Assembly (NCBI GenBank): GCA_044229975.1
Contig: JBGARZ010000007.1
Span: 1 to 64,000, forward strand
DNA length: 64,000 nucleotides
Direction of reading: 5' to 3'
Source of the DNA: Polyangiales bacterium
GTDB taxonomy: Bacteria; Myxococcota_A; Polyangia; Polyangiales; Ga0077539
Shown: positions 49,729-58,436 of the stretch, piece by piece
Position numbering within the stretch: the stretch's first letter is position 1
How the letters are laid out: every line of letters starts with the position of its first letter
Made by a program: the position numbers and the translations under genes
The notes under the pieces: model-generated
What the model was told of the DNA's origin: nothing
Databases searched by the model: none
The model's input: the letters and a program-made list of their open reading frames with translations, nothing else

Positions 49729-49922
49729 TGGGGGGGCTCCGCGGGGCCGAGGGGTCGCTCGTCGAGGCTCGGGTGGTCGCCCGGCTCCACGGGCAGCGCC
49801 AGCATCTTCGCGATGCCCGACTCGCCGAACATCAGCCGCTGGATGATGGGGGCGCTGACGGGGGACTCGGCGGCCCGGACGAGCGCGCGGAGGGACTTGT
49901 CGTCGAGGGGAGGGCTCTGCAT
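49725..49922 (-). CDS. Small ORF (65 aa) resembling the N-terminal extension of FAAH-type amidases
   Basis: MQSPPLDDKSLRALVRAAESPVSAPIIQRLMFGESG; ATGA overlap with the amidase start. Confidence 0.55.
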   Translation of the reverse strand: MQSPPLDDKSLRALVRAAESPVSAPIIQRLMFGESGIAKMLALPVEPGDHPSLDERPLGPAEPPQ

Positions 49923-50043
49923 CGCGGCCGACCATATCCCAAGCGTTCGGGGGGAGGGGAGTGAGGCGCGACGGCCCCTTCCGTTGGGACCGGTGGTTGA
50001 ACTAGCTTCCGCCCGCCCCCTTTCAGCCCCAGTGAGGTCGTCG

Positions 50044-51849
50044 ATGTCGAAGTTCGAGACGTTGGTGGAGATCTTCTCCGAGAGCACCAAGCGCTACGCC
50101 CAATCGCCGCTCTTTGGCGAGAAGCGCGAGGGCGAGTGGAAGTGGATGACCTACGGGGCCTTCAAGGAGAAGGTCGACAACCTCCGCGGCGGCCTCGCGG
50201 GCCTCGGCGTGAAGGTGGGCGATCGCGTGGCCGTGATCTCCAACAACCGCGCGGAGTGGGCCATCGGCGCCTACGCCACGTACACCCTCGGCGCGGCGTA
50301 CGTGCCGATGTACGAGTCGCAGCACGACGACGAGTGGGCGTACATCCTCAAGGACTGCGGCGCGCAGATCTGCTTCGTCCCCAACGAGAAGGTGAAGGCG
50401 AAGCTCGTCGCGGTGCGCGGCGACTGCCCCGAGCTCAAGCACGTCGTGACCTTCACCGGCGGTGACAGCGAGAGCGACACCATGGACGCGCTGCTGCGCC
50501 GCGGCGCCGAGACCCCCGCACCGCTGACCAACCCGGCGAAGAACGACCTCGCGGGGCTCATCTACACGTCGGGCACCACGGGCAAGCCCAAGGGCGTGAA
50601 GCTCTCGCACAGCAACATGGCCAACAACGTGAGCGCGATGCACGAGATGCTCGCCATCGGGCCGGGCGATCGGTCGCTGTCGTTTTTGCCGTGGGCGCAC
50701 TCCTTCGGACAGGTGGTGGAGCTGCACGGGCTCTTCTCCATGGGCGCCTCGCTCGCCATCGCGGAGAGCGTCGAGAAGCTCATCGCCAACATGACCGAGA
50801 TCGGCCCGACGGTGCTCTTCTCGGTGCCGCGCGTGTTCAACAAGCTCTACGCGGGCATCAACAAGAAGATGGAGACGGCCCCGCCGATCAAGCAGAAGCT
50901 GGTCGCGGCGGCGATGGCCAACGCGGCGAAGCGCCGCGAGCTGCACGACAAGGGCGAGAGCTCGTTGGTGGTCGAGACGCTGCACAAGGTCTTTGACAAG
51001 CTCGCGCTCTCCAAGGTGCGCGCGATTCTCGGGCCCAACCTGAAGTACGCGTTCTCGGGCGGCGCGGCGATTTCGCGCGAGGTGGCGGAGTTCATCGACA
51101 ACATCGGGGTCACCGTCTACGAGGGCTACGGGCTCACCGAGACGTCACCCATCGCGACGTGCAACTCGCCGAAGGGGCGTCGCATCGGCAGCGTGGGGAA
51201 GAGCATCCCGGGCACGCGGGTGAGCATCGACAAGAGCCAGACCGACGACCCCAAGAACGGCGAGGTCGTCTGCTACGGCCACAACGTGATGCAGGGCTAC
51301 TACAACCTCCCCGAAGAGAACGAGAAGGTCTTCACCTCGGACGGCGGCTTCCGCACCGGCGACATGGGCTACGTCGACGAGGACGGGTTCCTCTTCATCA
51401 CCGGGCGCATCAAGGAGCAGTACAAGCTGGAGAACGGCAAGTACGTGGTCCCGGTGCCGATCGAAGAGGCGATGAAGCTGTCGCCGTGGCTGGTCAGCGT
51501 GATGGTCCACGGCGCCAACCGGCCCTTCAACGTGGCGCTCATCGTGCCCGACATCGAGAAGCTCAAGGGCTGGGCGAAGGAGAAGGGGCTGTCGGTCGAT
51601 CCGCTGCCCACGCTGCTCACGCACCCGGACGTGATGGCGCTGTACCGCGACGAGATCGCGAAGCTCACGCAGGAGATCAAGGGGTACGAGCGGGTGCGCA
51701 ACTTCGCGCTCATCGCGGAGGACTTCAGCGTCGACAACGGGCTGCTCACGCCGAAGATGTCGCTCAAGCGCCGCAACGTCGTGCAGAAGTACGAGTCGAC
51801 CATCAACGGGCTCTACGACGGGGCTCCGCCGGTGACCGCGGGGGACTGA
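50044..51849 (+). CDS. fadD: Long-chain fatty acid-CoA ligase
   Basis: YTSGTTGKPKGV, EGYGLTETSP, FRTGD, GRIKE. Confidence 0.92.
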   Translation: MSKFETLVEIFSESTKRYAQSPLFGEKREGEWKWMTYGAFKEKVDNLRGGLAGLGVKVGDRVAVISNNRAEWAIGAYATYTLGAAYVPMYESQHDDEWAYILKDCGAQICFVPNEKVKAKLVAVRGDCPELKHVVTFTGGDSESDTMDALLRRGAETPAPLTNPAKNDLAGLIYTSGTTGKPKGVKLSHSNMANNVSAMHEMLAIGPGDRSLSFLPWAHSFGQVVELHGLFSMGASLAIAESVEKLIANMTEIGPTVLFSVPRVFNKLYAGINKKMETAPPIKQKLVAAAMANAAKRRELHDKGESSLVVETLHKVFDKLALSKVRAILGPNLKYAFSGGAAISREVAEFIDNIGVTVYEGYGLTETSPIATCNSPKGRRIGSVGKSIPGTRVSIDKSQTDDPKNGEVVCYGHNVMQGYYNLPEENEKVFTSDGGFRTGDMGYVDEDGFLFITGRIKEQYKLENGKYVVPVPIEEAMKLSPWLVSVMVHGANRPFNVALIVPDIEKLKGWAKEKGLSVDPLPTLLTHPDVMALYRDEIAKLTQEIKGYERVRNFALIAEDFSVDNGLLTPKMSLKRRNVVQKYESTINGLYDGAPPVTAGD

Positions 51850-51871
51850 TCGCAGCGGGGGGAGACCCGTC

Positions 51872-52624
51872 GTGACGGAGCGGACGACGTCGGACGAGCC
51901 GCGCGACGCCAGCCCGGCGCTGGTGCAGTTGCTGAGAGCCTTCAACGAAGTCTGGGACGGCGAGGCGCGGCAGGAGCTGGCGCGCTTCGCGGCGCGTCTT
52001 GTCGGAAGCAAGGCGGACGAAAGCGTGGAGCTTCGGCGCCTGCACGTCTGCCTCGATTGGTCTGTGCGGAAGATCCTGCCGCGTTCGCTCGCGGCCTGGG
52101 GTCTGCGGGCAGAGGCGGAGGAGGTGGCCGCGTTGCCCGCGCTGGCGACGTCCGTGCTGGGGGACGTCGACGTCATGGAAGCCGTCGAGGTCATTGCGCG
52201 GGTGCGACGGGGCTGGAATCGGGTGATTCGCGGCTCATGGGCCGTCACCATGGGCTCTTGCGCGGACGCGCTCGTCGCCAATGAGTGGGTCGTGGCGGAC
52301 AGCGACTCCGTCGTCGCCGCACGGGCCGTCGCTTCCGCGTACGACGCGGCGAGCCCGACCCGTCTCGACCACCATTTCGCCTACTACAGCGCGGCGATCG
52401 AGCACGCGACGCCCTGCGCCCTGCTGGCGGCGGAGGCCGTCCGGGTGCTGCACGCGGTTCCGGCGTTCGTCCTGCGGATCAATCCGGACGAGGCGGGCGA
52501 CGACTTCCCGACCGCCGCCCACTGGGACGCAGCGGAGCGCGCGCGACCGCTGCTCGGCGAGGCCGACGCGGCGACGCGGGCGGAGACCTTCGAGATCCTG
52601 GAGCGGCTCTTCGCGAGGAGGTGA
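51872..52624 (+). CDS. Hypothetical protein
   Basis: 250-aa ORF with GGGAG before the GTG start. Confidence 0.6.
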   Translation: MTERTTSDEPRDASPALVQLLRAFNEVWDGEARQELARFAARLVGSKADESVELRRLHVCLDWSVRKILPRSLAAWGLRAEAEEVAALPALATSVLGDVDVMEAVEVIARVRRGWNRVIRGSWAVTMGSCADALVANEWVVADSDSVVAARAVASAYDAASPTRLDHHFAYYSAAIEHATPCALLAAEAVRVLHAVPAFVLRINPDEAGDDFPTAAHWDAAERARPLLGEADAATRAETFEILERLFARR

Positions 52625-52645
52625 CCGCCCGCCTTTCTCGATGGG

Positions 52646-52740
52646 CGTCCGGATCAAGGCTCAACCCATCGTGGGACCGGGGGGCGGGGCAACGCCCAAA
52701 CCCCGGTCCGACAGGGGATTGAGCCTCGATCCCGGCGACG
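52646..52740. other. Long imperfect hairpin between convergent genes (terminator or structured RNA candidate)
   Basis: 52651-52664 / 52719-52732 (13/14) and 52674-52682 / 52701-52709 (9/9); apical GGGCAACGCCC. Confidence 0.6.
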
Positions 52741-52752
52741 GAGCATCTTCTC

Positions 52753-54021
52753 TCACGCCGCCGTCGACGTCGCCCCATCCCTGAACGGCCGCCACACCTT
52801 CTTCAACATCCGCCCCACCGCCTCGCGGCCCGTGCAGACGTTGTACTCGATGCCGTGCGCCTGGCAGAAGGCCACCACCTCGGGCGCCACCCGCTCGTAG
52901 TTGCGGCGCGGCATCGTCGGGAAGAGGTGGTGCTCGATGTGGAAGTTCAGGCTGCCGCAGAGCCACGTCCAGACGACGCCCGCGCCGGTGTTCTGCGAGC
53001 GGGCGATCATGGTGCGCGCCTGCGAGATCTCCGGGGTGACCGCGATGCGCAGGTGGTAGTGGTTCAAGCTCGACACGAAGGCCTGCATCGCCGCGACTAG
53101 CATCGGCGGCAGCAGCAACAGCGCGGCGTTGTCGAACCACCACGCGAGCAGCGCCCACCGCAGCGCGGCGGCCGCGAGCAGCGCGTACTTCCGCTCCCGC
53201 AGGAGGTACTGCGTCCCCCGGTACATCATGAACGGGAACGTCATCGGCAGGATCACGCCCAGCCACGTGAGCATCTGCACGCGCACCCAGCGCGCGCCGT
53301 GCACTCTCACGAGCCGTCGGTGCCAGACCACCTTGGGGATCTGCAACGCGCGGTCGCGACCGAGCTGGTTGGTGAACGCGTGGTGGTTGCGGTGGTCATC
53401 CGCCAGCGGGTTGAGCGTCGTGCCGAGCACCAGCACGCCCAGCGCGTCGACCCAGCGGCGGCCACGCTGCTCGCGACGAAACACCGCGTCGTGGCGGACG
53501 TCGTGCGAGAAGTACGTCTGGTTGAGAATCGCCACGCAGAACAACACAAACGCCAGCGGCACGCTCACCCGCGCGGCCACCAGCGTCAGCGCGAACGGAA
53601 CCAGCACCCCCGCGATGTCGGTCAGCAGCCACGACCACGTGTAGCGGAAGAGTCCCTCCGCGCGGAGGCGATCGGTGAGCGCGGCCATGTCGCGGTCTTC
53701 GCGGTGCAGCGTGTCGCGCTCCAGCTCCGCGATCTTGAAGCGCGAGAGCACCTTCAGCACCTTGCCGTTGCCCGCGTGGGCGGCGGCGAAGTGGCGCGTG
53801 GCGTCGGTGCCCAGGAGCGGCGTGATGACGGGCCCACCCGGGTGCTTCGCCGCGAAGCGCGCGAGGTCGTACACGCCGATACCGATGATGACCAGGCCGC
53901 GAATGGCGACCTCTTCGGCGCTCAGCCGCGGCCACTCCTTGCCCGGCGGCTCATGGATCTCGCCGGGCGGAATCGAGTCGCCCGCCAGCGAGGGCCGGCC
54001 CATCTCGTCGAGGAGCATCAC
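52753..54021 (-). CDS. Cytochrome b5-fused fatty acid desaturase
   Basis: HPGG heme motif; His boxes HDVRH, HRNHH, HIEHH. Confidence 0.9.
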   Translation of the reverse strand: MMLLDEMGRPSLAGDSIPPGEIHEPPGKEWPRLSAEEVAIRGLVIIGIGVYDLARFAAKHPGGPVITPLLGTDATRHFAAAHAGNGKVLKVLSRFKIAELERDTLHREDRDMAALTDRLRAEGLFRYTWSWLLTDIAGVLVPFALTLVAARVSVPLAFVLFCVAILNQTYFSHDVRHDAVFRREQRGRRWVDALGVLVLGTTLNPLADDHRNHHAFTNQLGRDRALQIPKVVWHRRLVRVHGARWVRVQMLTWLGVILPMTFPFMMYRGTQYLLRERKYALLAAAALRWALLAWWFDNAALLLLPPMLVAAMQAFVSSLNHYHLRIAVTPEISQARTMIARSQNTGAGVVWTWLCGSLNFHIEHHLFPTMPRRNYERVAPEVVAFCQAHGIEYNVCTGREAVGRMLKKVWRPFRDGATSTAA

Positions 54022-54762
54022 CTACGTCGCCTCCGCGTCGCGAAACCGGTGGAGATGCTCCGCGCGCACCACCGGCAGCCGGTGATGAACCTCGTGCTCG
54101 GTGTACACACACAGCCAACGCGAGCCGAGCAGCGTCGGGACGTAGACGGCGCGCAGCAGCCACGGCAGGTACGGCGGGCTCATGTGCAGGAAGCGCGCGA
54201 ACCCGAAGTAGTTGCCCATCCACAGCAGGCGCGCGGGGATGAGGTACCAGAGGAAGGCCCAGCCGAGCGCCCACGCCACCGCGCCGAACATCAGCGCGCG
54301 GAGCACGGCCTCGGCGACGTCCTGACGTGAGAGGCGCTTGCCCACGAGCGAGATCAAGAGCGCGCGCTCGGGCTGCCACCAGCAGCGCCAGAGGGCGGCG
54401 GGGATGGGTCCGTGGATGAGCGCGTGGTCGGGGTCGCGCTGCGCGTCGCCGAGGTACCGATGGTGCTGGAAGTGGAGGAAGCGCTGCTCGTGGATGCCTG
54501 CGCAGAAGGGGCTCAGCACCACCGGGATGAGCCGCATCACGAACGGAACCCGCGCGATGGGTGCGTGGTAGTACTCGTGGAAGGGCGTCATCGCGCGGCT
54601 GAGCAGCACCGCGCCGACGAGCAGCACCGGGGGCGGCGCGAGCCCCGCGGCGACCGCGACGAAGCAGGCCCAGATGACCGCGTAGGAGAAGAGCACCTCG
54701 CGCGAGTAGCCCCGCACGGCGTGATCGGTGTGGCGGAACTCGGTCGGGACGGGAGGCGCCAT
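54022..54762 (-). CDS. Short membrane desaturase/hydroxylase-family protein
   Basis: His boxes HEYYH, HFQHH, HEVHH. Confidence 0.8.
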   Translation of the reverse strand: MAPPVPTEFRHTDHAVRGYSREVLFSYAVIWACFVAVAAGLAPPPVLLVGAVLLSRAMTPFHEYYHAPIARVPFVMRLIPVVLSPFCAGIHEQRFLHFQHHRYLGDAQRDPDHALIHGPIPAALWRCWWQPERALLISLVGKRLSRQDVAEAVLRALMFGAVAWALGWAFLWYLIPARLLWMGNYFGFARFLHMSPPYLPWLLRAVYVPTLLGSRWLCVYTEHEVHHRLPVVRAEHLHRFRDAEAT

Positions 54763-54795
54763 GAGGCGCTCATAGCGTCGGTGGCGACGGCGCCG

Positions 54796-54831
54796 CATTG
54801 ACCGATGCGGACGGATCATTGATCGACGCGG
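54796..54831. promoter_or_regulatory. Direct repeat at 21-bp period, candidate AraC-family binding site
   Basis: CATTGACCGATGCGG 54796-54810 and CATTGATCGACGCGG 54817-54831. Confidence 0.6.
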
Positions 54832-54859
54832 CCAATCCCGTCCGGTAGAACGGTCGGCC

Positions 54860-55891
54860 ATGTCCGGCATGGCGATGCATCACGTGCGTCGGGTGTTTCA
54901 GGCGGCGGAGCACCTCGGCGCCGACCCGGTGAAGCTCCGTGACGACGTGGGCATCGAGGCGTCGGCGCTCGACGAGCTCGACCGGAGGGTTCCGCCGGCG
55001 CAGCTCCGGGCGTTGTGGGACGAGGCCGCCGTGCGCACCGGGGAGGAGTCCTTCGGGCTGCGCCTCGCGGAGCTCACGCGCCCGTTTCCGCCCGACCACG
55101 TGCTCGGCTACGCGGTGATGACCAGCGCCACGCTCGGCGACGCCTACCGCCGCGTGGTGCGCTACGTGCGCCTCGTCGACGGCTCGCTCTCGGTGTCGCT
55201 CGACCTCGAGGGCGACCGCGCGCACGTGCGCCTCGGGGTGCACCCCGTCGACGGTCCGGGGCGTCACGGGGTGGAGTACGCGCTCGGGATGCTCTACGAG
55301 CCGGGGCGACGAACGATGGGCGAGGCCTTCGTGGTGCGGGAGGCGCGCTTCGAGCACGGGGCGCCGCGGAGCACGGAGATCCACGAGCGGGTGTTCGGCG
55401 CGACGGTGCGCTTCGATCAGCCGCGGACGGAGCTGGTGTTCGAGGCGGCGCTGTTGTCGACGCCGCTGATGAGCGCCGACCCGGCGCTGTGCGCGATCCT
55501 CGAACGGCACATGATGGGCTTGATCGAGGACGTCCCGGCGGCGACGGAGGAGGGCTTCGCCGCGCGGGTGCGGCAGGCCGTGGTGGCGTCGCTGCGAGAC
55601 GGCACGCCGACGGCGCAGTCCATCGCGAAGGGCCTCGGGTGCAGCGCGCGAACGATGCATCGTCGACTGGCCGAAGAAGGCGCGGGGGCGTTTCAGGAGC
55701 TGCTCGACGAAGTGCGCCGCGACGCGGCGGTGCGGCACCTGCGTGAGGGGCGCATCGAGATCAGCGGGATCGCGTTCGTGCTGGGGTTCTCGGAGGTGAG
55801 CGCGTTCTACCGGGCGTTCAAGCGGTGGACGGGGCGGACGCCGGTGGAGTACCGGCGCGGCGACGGAGAGCTGGCGGCGCGGTCGGGGTGA
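54860..55891 (+). CDS. AraC-family transcriptional regulator
   Basis: SARTMHRRL, IAFVLGFSEVSAFYRAFKRWTG. Confidence 0.95.
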   Translation: MSGMAMHHVRRVFQAAEHLGADPVKLRDDVGIEASALDELDRRVPPAQLRALWDEAAVRTGEESFGLRLAELTRPFPPDHVLGYAVMTSATLGDAYRRVVRYVRLVDGSLSVSLDLEGDRAHVRLGVHPVDGPGRHGVEYALGMLYEPGRRTMGEAFVVREARFEHGAPRSTEIHERVFGATVRFDQPRTELVFEAALLSTPLMSADPALCAILERHMMGLIEDVPAATEEGFAARVRQAVVASLRDGTPTAQSIAKGLGCSARTMHRRLAEEGAGAFQELLDEVRRDAAVRHLREGRIEISGIAFVLGFSEVSAFYRAFKRWTGRTPVEYRRGDGELAARSG

Positions 55892-55942
55892 AGGGACGGA
55901 GAGCGGTTGCGATGTGCCGCGATTGGCCCCAAGCATCGGGGC

Positions 55943-56452
55943 ATGGACAACGACCCGAGGAAGCTGATCGTGCTGGCCTTCGACTCGCCCCTGAAGGCGC
56001 AGGAGGCGTTGATGGCCGCGACCCGATTGATGACCGAGGGGGAGATCCTCCTGCACGACGCCGTCTTCGTGGCGAAGGACGCCAACGGCGAGACGGTGGT
56101 GAAGGAGACCACCGACGTGACGCCGGGCGAGGCCGCGCTCGACGGGGCGTTCTGGGGGCTGCTCTTCGGGACGCTGCTCGCCGGGCCGGTGGGCGCGATC
56201 GTGGGCAGCGCCATCACCGCGGGGACGAGCGCGCTCGCGGCGAAGCTCATCGACACGGGTGTTCCGGACGAGCGGGTGCAGGAGCTGCGCGAGACGGTGA
56301 CGCCGGGGAGCACGGCGCTGGCGCTGCTGGTGAGCCACGTGCACGTGGAGGCGCTCGTGAAGGAGATGCGGCGGTTTGCGGGCGCGCAGATCGTGACGAC
56401 CGACCTGCCCGACGCGACGGTCGCGGCGGTGCGTGAGGCGCTCGCAGGGTGA
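55943..56452 (+). CDS. DUF1269-family protein
   Basis: GAFWGLLFGTLL, LIDTGVPD, PGSTALALL. Confidence 0.82.
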   Translation: MDNDPRKLIVLAFDSPLKAQEALMAATRLMTEGEILLHDAVFVAKDANGETVVKETTDVTPGEAALDGAFWGLLFGTLLAGPVGAIVGSAITAGTSALAAKLIDTGVPDERVQELRETVTPGSTALALLVSHVHVEALVKEMRRFAGAQIVTTDLPDATVAAVREALAG

Positions 56453-56480
56453 CCGGCCGCGGCATCCGCCGGTGAGCCCA

Positions 56481-56579
56481 TCACCACACGACGTCGACTC
56501 GCGCGTAGCTGGCGATGAGGGCCGCCGGATTCGAACCCATCCAAAGCAGCGCGCAAGTGTCGAGAAGCAGGGGCGTCAC
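56481..56579 (-). pseudogene. vapC: VapC/PIN toxin remnant (32 aa, large internal deletion)
   Basis: MTPLLLDTCALLWMGSNPAA joined to LIASYARVDVVW-stop; GTGA overlap with the upstream ORF. Confidence 0.7.
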
Positions 56580-56851
56580 CGCAGCGACTCCGGCCAGTCT
56601 TCCTCGTCGACCGGCGCGACCGCCGACTCGTGAAGGATCACCGGCCCCATGGTTCCTGCACGGGGAAACCTGCGCGCGAAGGCATCGACTCCCGACGGGC
56701 CGGTCGTGTCGGTCGTCCGCTGGTCACGCGCCGTCCCCACCGCAAGCACGATGACCTCCGCGGCCCCGATCGGAAAGTCTCTCGGGAGCCTCACGATGAC
56801 CTCGTGGTCTTCGGTGACCGTCACGTCCATCCGGTGCGCCTTCATGGTCAT
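56576..56851 (-). CDS. Probable antitoxin (VapB position)
   Basis: About 91 aa; beta-rich N-terminus, acidic tail APVDEEDW; coupled to the PIN remnant. Confidence 0.65.
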   Translation of the reverse strand: MTMKAHRMDVTVTEDHEVIVRLPRDFPIGAAEVIVLAVGTARDQRTTDTTGPSGVDAFARRFPRAGTMGPVILHESAVAPVDEEDWPESLR

Positions 56852-56937
56852 GCCTCGCCTCGTCGGCATCCTACCCCGCCGACCGCGACGTCGCCTTCGA
56901 CTGTCGCTCGTGGGCTGAACCACCGTCCGGCACGCGC

Positions 56938-57630
56938 TCACAAACTCGCGGCCGCCGACAGCTCCGGCGGGCTGAGCACCCGCGCGTAGACGCGCACGTC
57001 GGCGATGGACCCGCGCCACCACTCGGGCGAGTGGTTCGACGGCGCGTTGCCGATGACGAGCGTGGAGCCCGCGGTGTTGAGCGCGAGCGGACCCGACGTG
57101 AGCATCACGCCGTCGACCCACACCGCCCCGCGGGCGCCGTCGAAGGTGGCGGCGGCGTGGTGCCAGCAGCCGTCGGCGAAGGTGTGCTCGCTCATCAGAT
57201 CCTGGAACTCGCCGACCAGCTTCACGCGGCCGGCGTCGACGAGCAGGCCGAAGCGCTGGCCCACCGTGGCGTTGCCCCAGTTGGCGATGACGTGCGCGCC
57301 GGTCGCATCGCTCGTCTGAAACCACACCGACAGGGTGCGCGGATGCGCGCCGGTCGGCAGCCTCGCGTCGTTGAACGCGACCTGCCCGTCGAGCCCGTTG
57401 AAGGTGTAGAGCCCGCCCGCGCCGCCACGCCTGTCGAGACCCGCGACCGCGGAGGTCGTCGGGTGCGCCTCCGAGGTCGTCGCGATCACCGGCACCTGAT
57501 GGAAGGCGATGACCGTGGGCGCCGCGCCCTGAGCGACGTAGCCGGGCGCCACGCCGTGGCCGGTGAACACGCACGCGTTGACGAGGCCGAGGGCGCCGAG
57601 AAGGCAGAGATGAAGTGGGTTGATGCTCAT
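56938..57630 (-). CDS. LamG-like jellyroll lipoprotein
   Basis: AAAGGA upstream; lipobox-like VNAC; TLSVWF, WHHAAATFDG, GSIADVRVYARVLS. Confidence 0.85.
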   Translation of the reverse strand: MSINPLHLCLLGALGLVNACVFTGHGVAPGYVAQGAAPTVIAFHQVPVIATTSEAHPTTSAVAGLDRRGGAGGLYTFNGLDGQVAFNDARLPTGAHPRTLSVWFQTSDATGAHVIANWGNATVGQRFGLLVDAGRVKLVGEFQDLMSEHTFADGCWHHAAATFDGARGAVWVDGVMLTSGPLALNTAGSTLVIGNAPSNHSPEWWRGSIADVRVYARVLSPPELSAAASL

Positions 57631-57908
57631 GGGGTGGGTGATGTCCTTTCGGCGCGACGGCCTCCGGGTCGACGAGCGCTCGGGCCGGGACATCGCAACG
57701 TGGGTGCCGATCGAACATGGCGAGCGAACTGGGAAGATGTGCGTAGCGATCGACGCCGTAGCGCCGCGCTGACGTGGTGCTGGCGCCACGCCGTGGTGCG
57801 CACGCTCGGCCTCTACGCCGAGCGGTTGGGTGTGAGCGTCGACGAACAGCCAGTGGGAGTTTCACTCTCGTTGATTGGGCCATGAGAGTAGGCCGACATC
57901 GCAGTGGA

Positions 57909-58370
57909 TCACCCGGCCGACGCGACCTCCTTGGTCAAGAAGATCCGCGGCGGCGACGTGAACCCGGCGCTGCGATAGAGCCGCACCGCGGCCTCGTTTT
58001 CCGGGCGCACCATGAGGTGCAGCGCGCGAGCGCCGTGCCCCGCCGCGAAGGCTTCGATCAGCGGCAGCACAGCGCGCCCGAGCCCGTGGGCTCTTGCGTC
58101 GGGTCGCAGGTACAGCTCCGTCAGGAAGGCGTCGCGCCCCGACCACTCCAGGTCGAAGCCCCAGGTCACGACGAAGTATCCGCGCACGTCGTCCCCGTCG
58201 ATGACGAGACCCACCGCGCCCAGGTCAGGCGACGAGAGCAACGTCTCCAGCGCGGGCTGACAGGTGGCGCGGGTCCAGGCGATCGCCTCCAGGCGGTTGA
58301 AGTCGTCCATCATGTCGAGGAGCAGATTCGCGTCGGCGGGTGCAGCAGCACGGATGCTCGGATGGGACAT
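57909..58370 (-). CDS. GNAT acetyltransferase
   Basis: ELYLRPDARAHGLG, NEAAVRLYRSAGF. Confidence 0.88.
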   Translation of the reverse strand: MSHPSIRAAAPADANLLLDMMDDFNRLEAIAWTRATCQPALETLLSSPDLGAVGLVIDGDDVRGYFVVTWGFDLEWSGRDAFLTELYLRPDARAHGLGRAVLPLIEAFAAGHGARALHLMVRPENEAAVRLYRSAGFTSPPRIFLTKEVASAG

Positions 58371-58436
58371 AGCGTCGGCCATACGATTCCTCTGTGCGTC
58401 GGTTACACAACCGGCACAGGACCACGATGGCGTCCT

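Noticed and set aside
28671..54024. Two in-frame TAG junctions as evidence of amber recoding (pyrrolysine)
   Set aside because: Many genes here end normally in TAG (HEAT, lysA, M1 peptidase), no pyl genes are present, and the second desaturase has its own RBS
56505..56560. GGGTTCGAATCC followed by ...CGCCA on the minus strand, resembling a tRNA T-loop and 3' end
   Set aside because: The T-stem does not pair beyond 2 bp and there is no cloverleaf; better explained as vapC remnant codons
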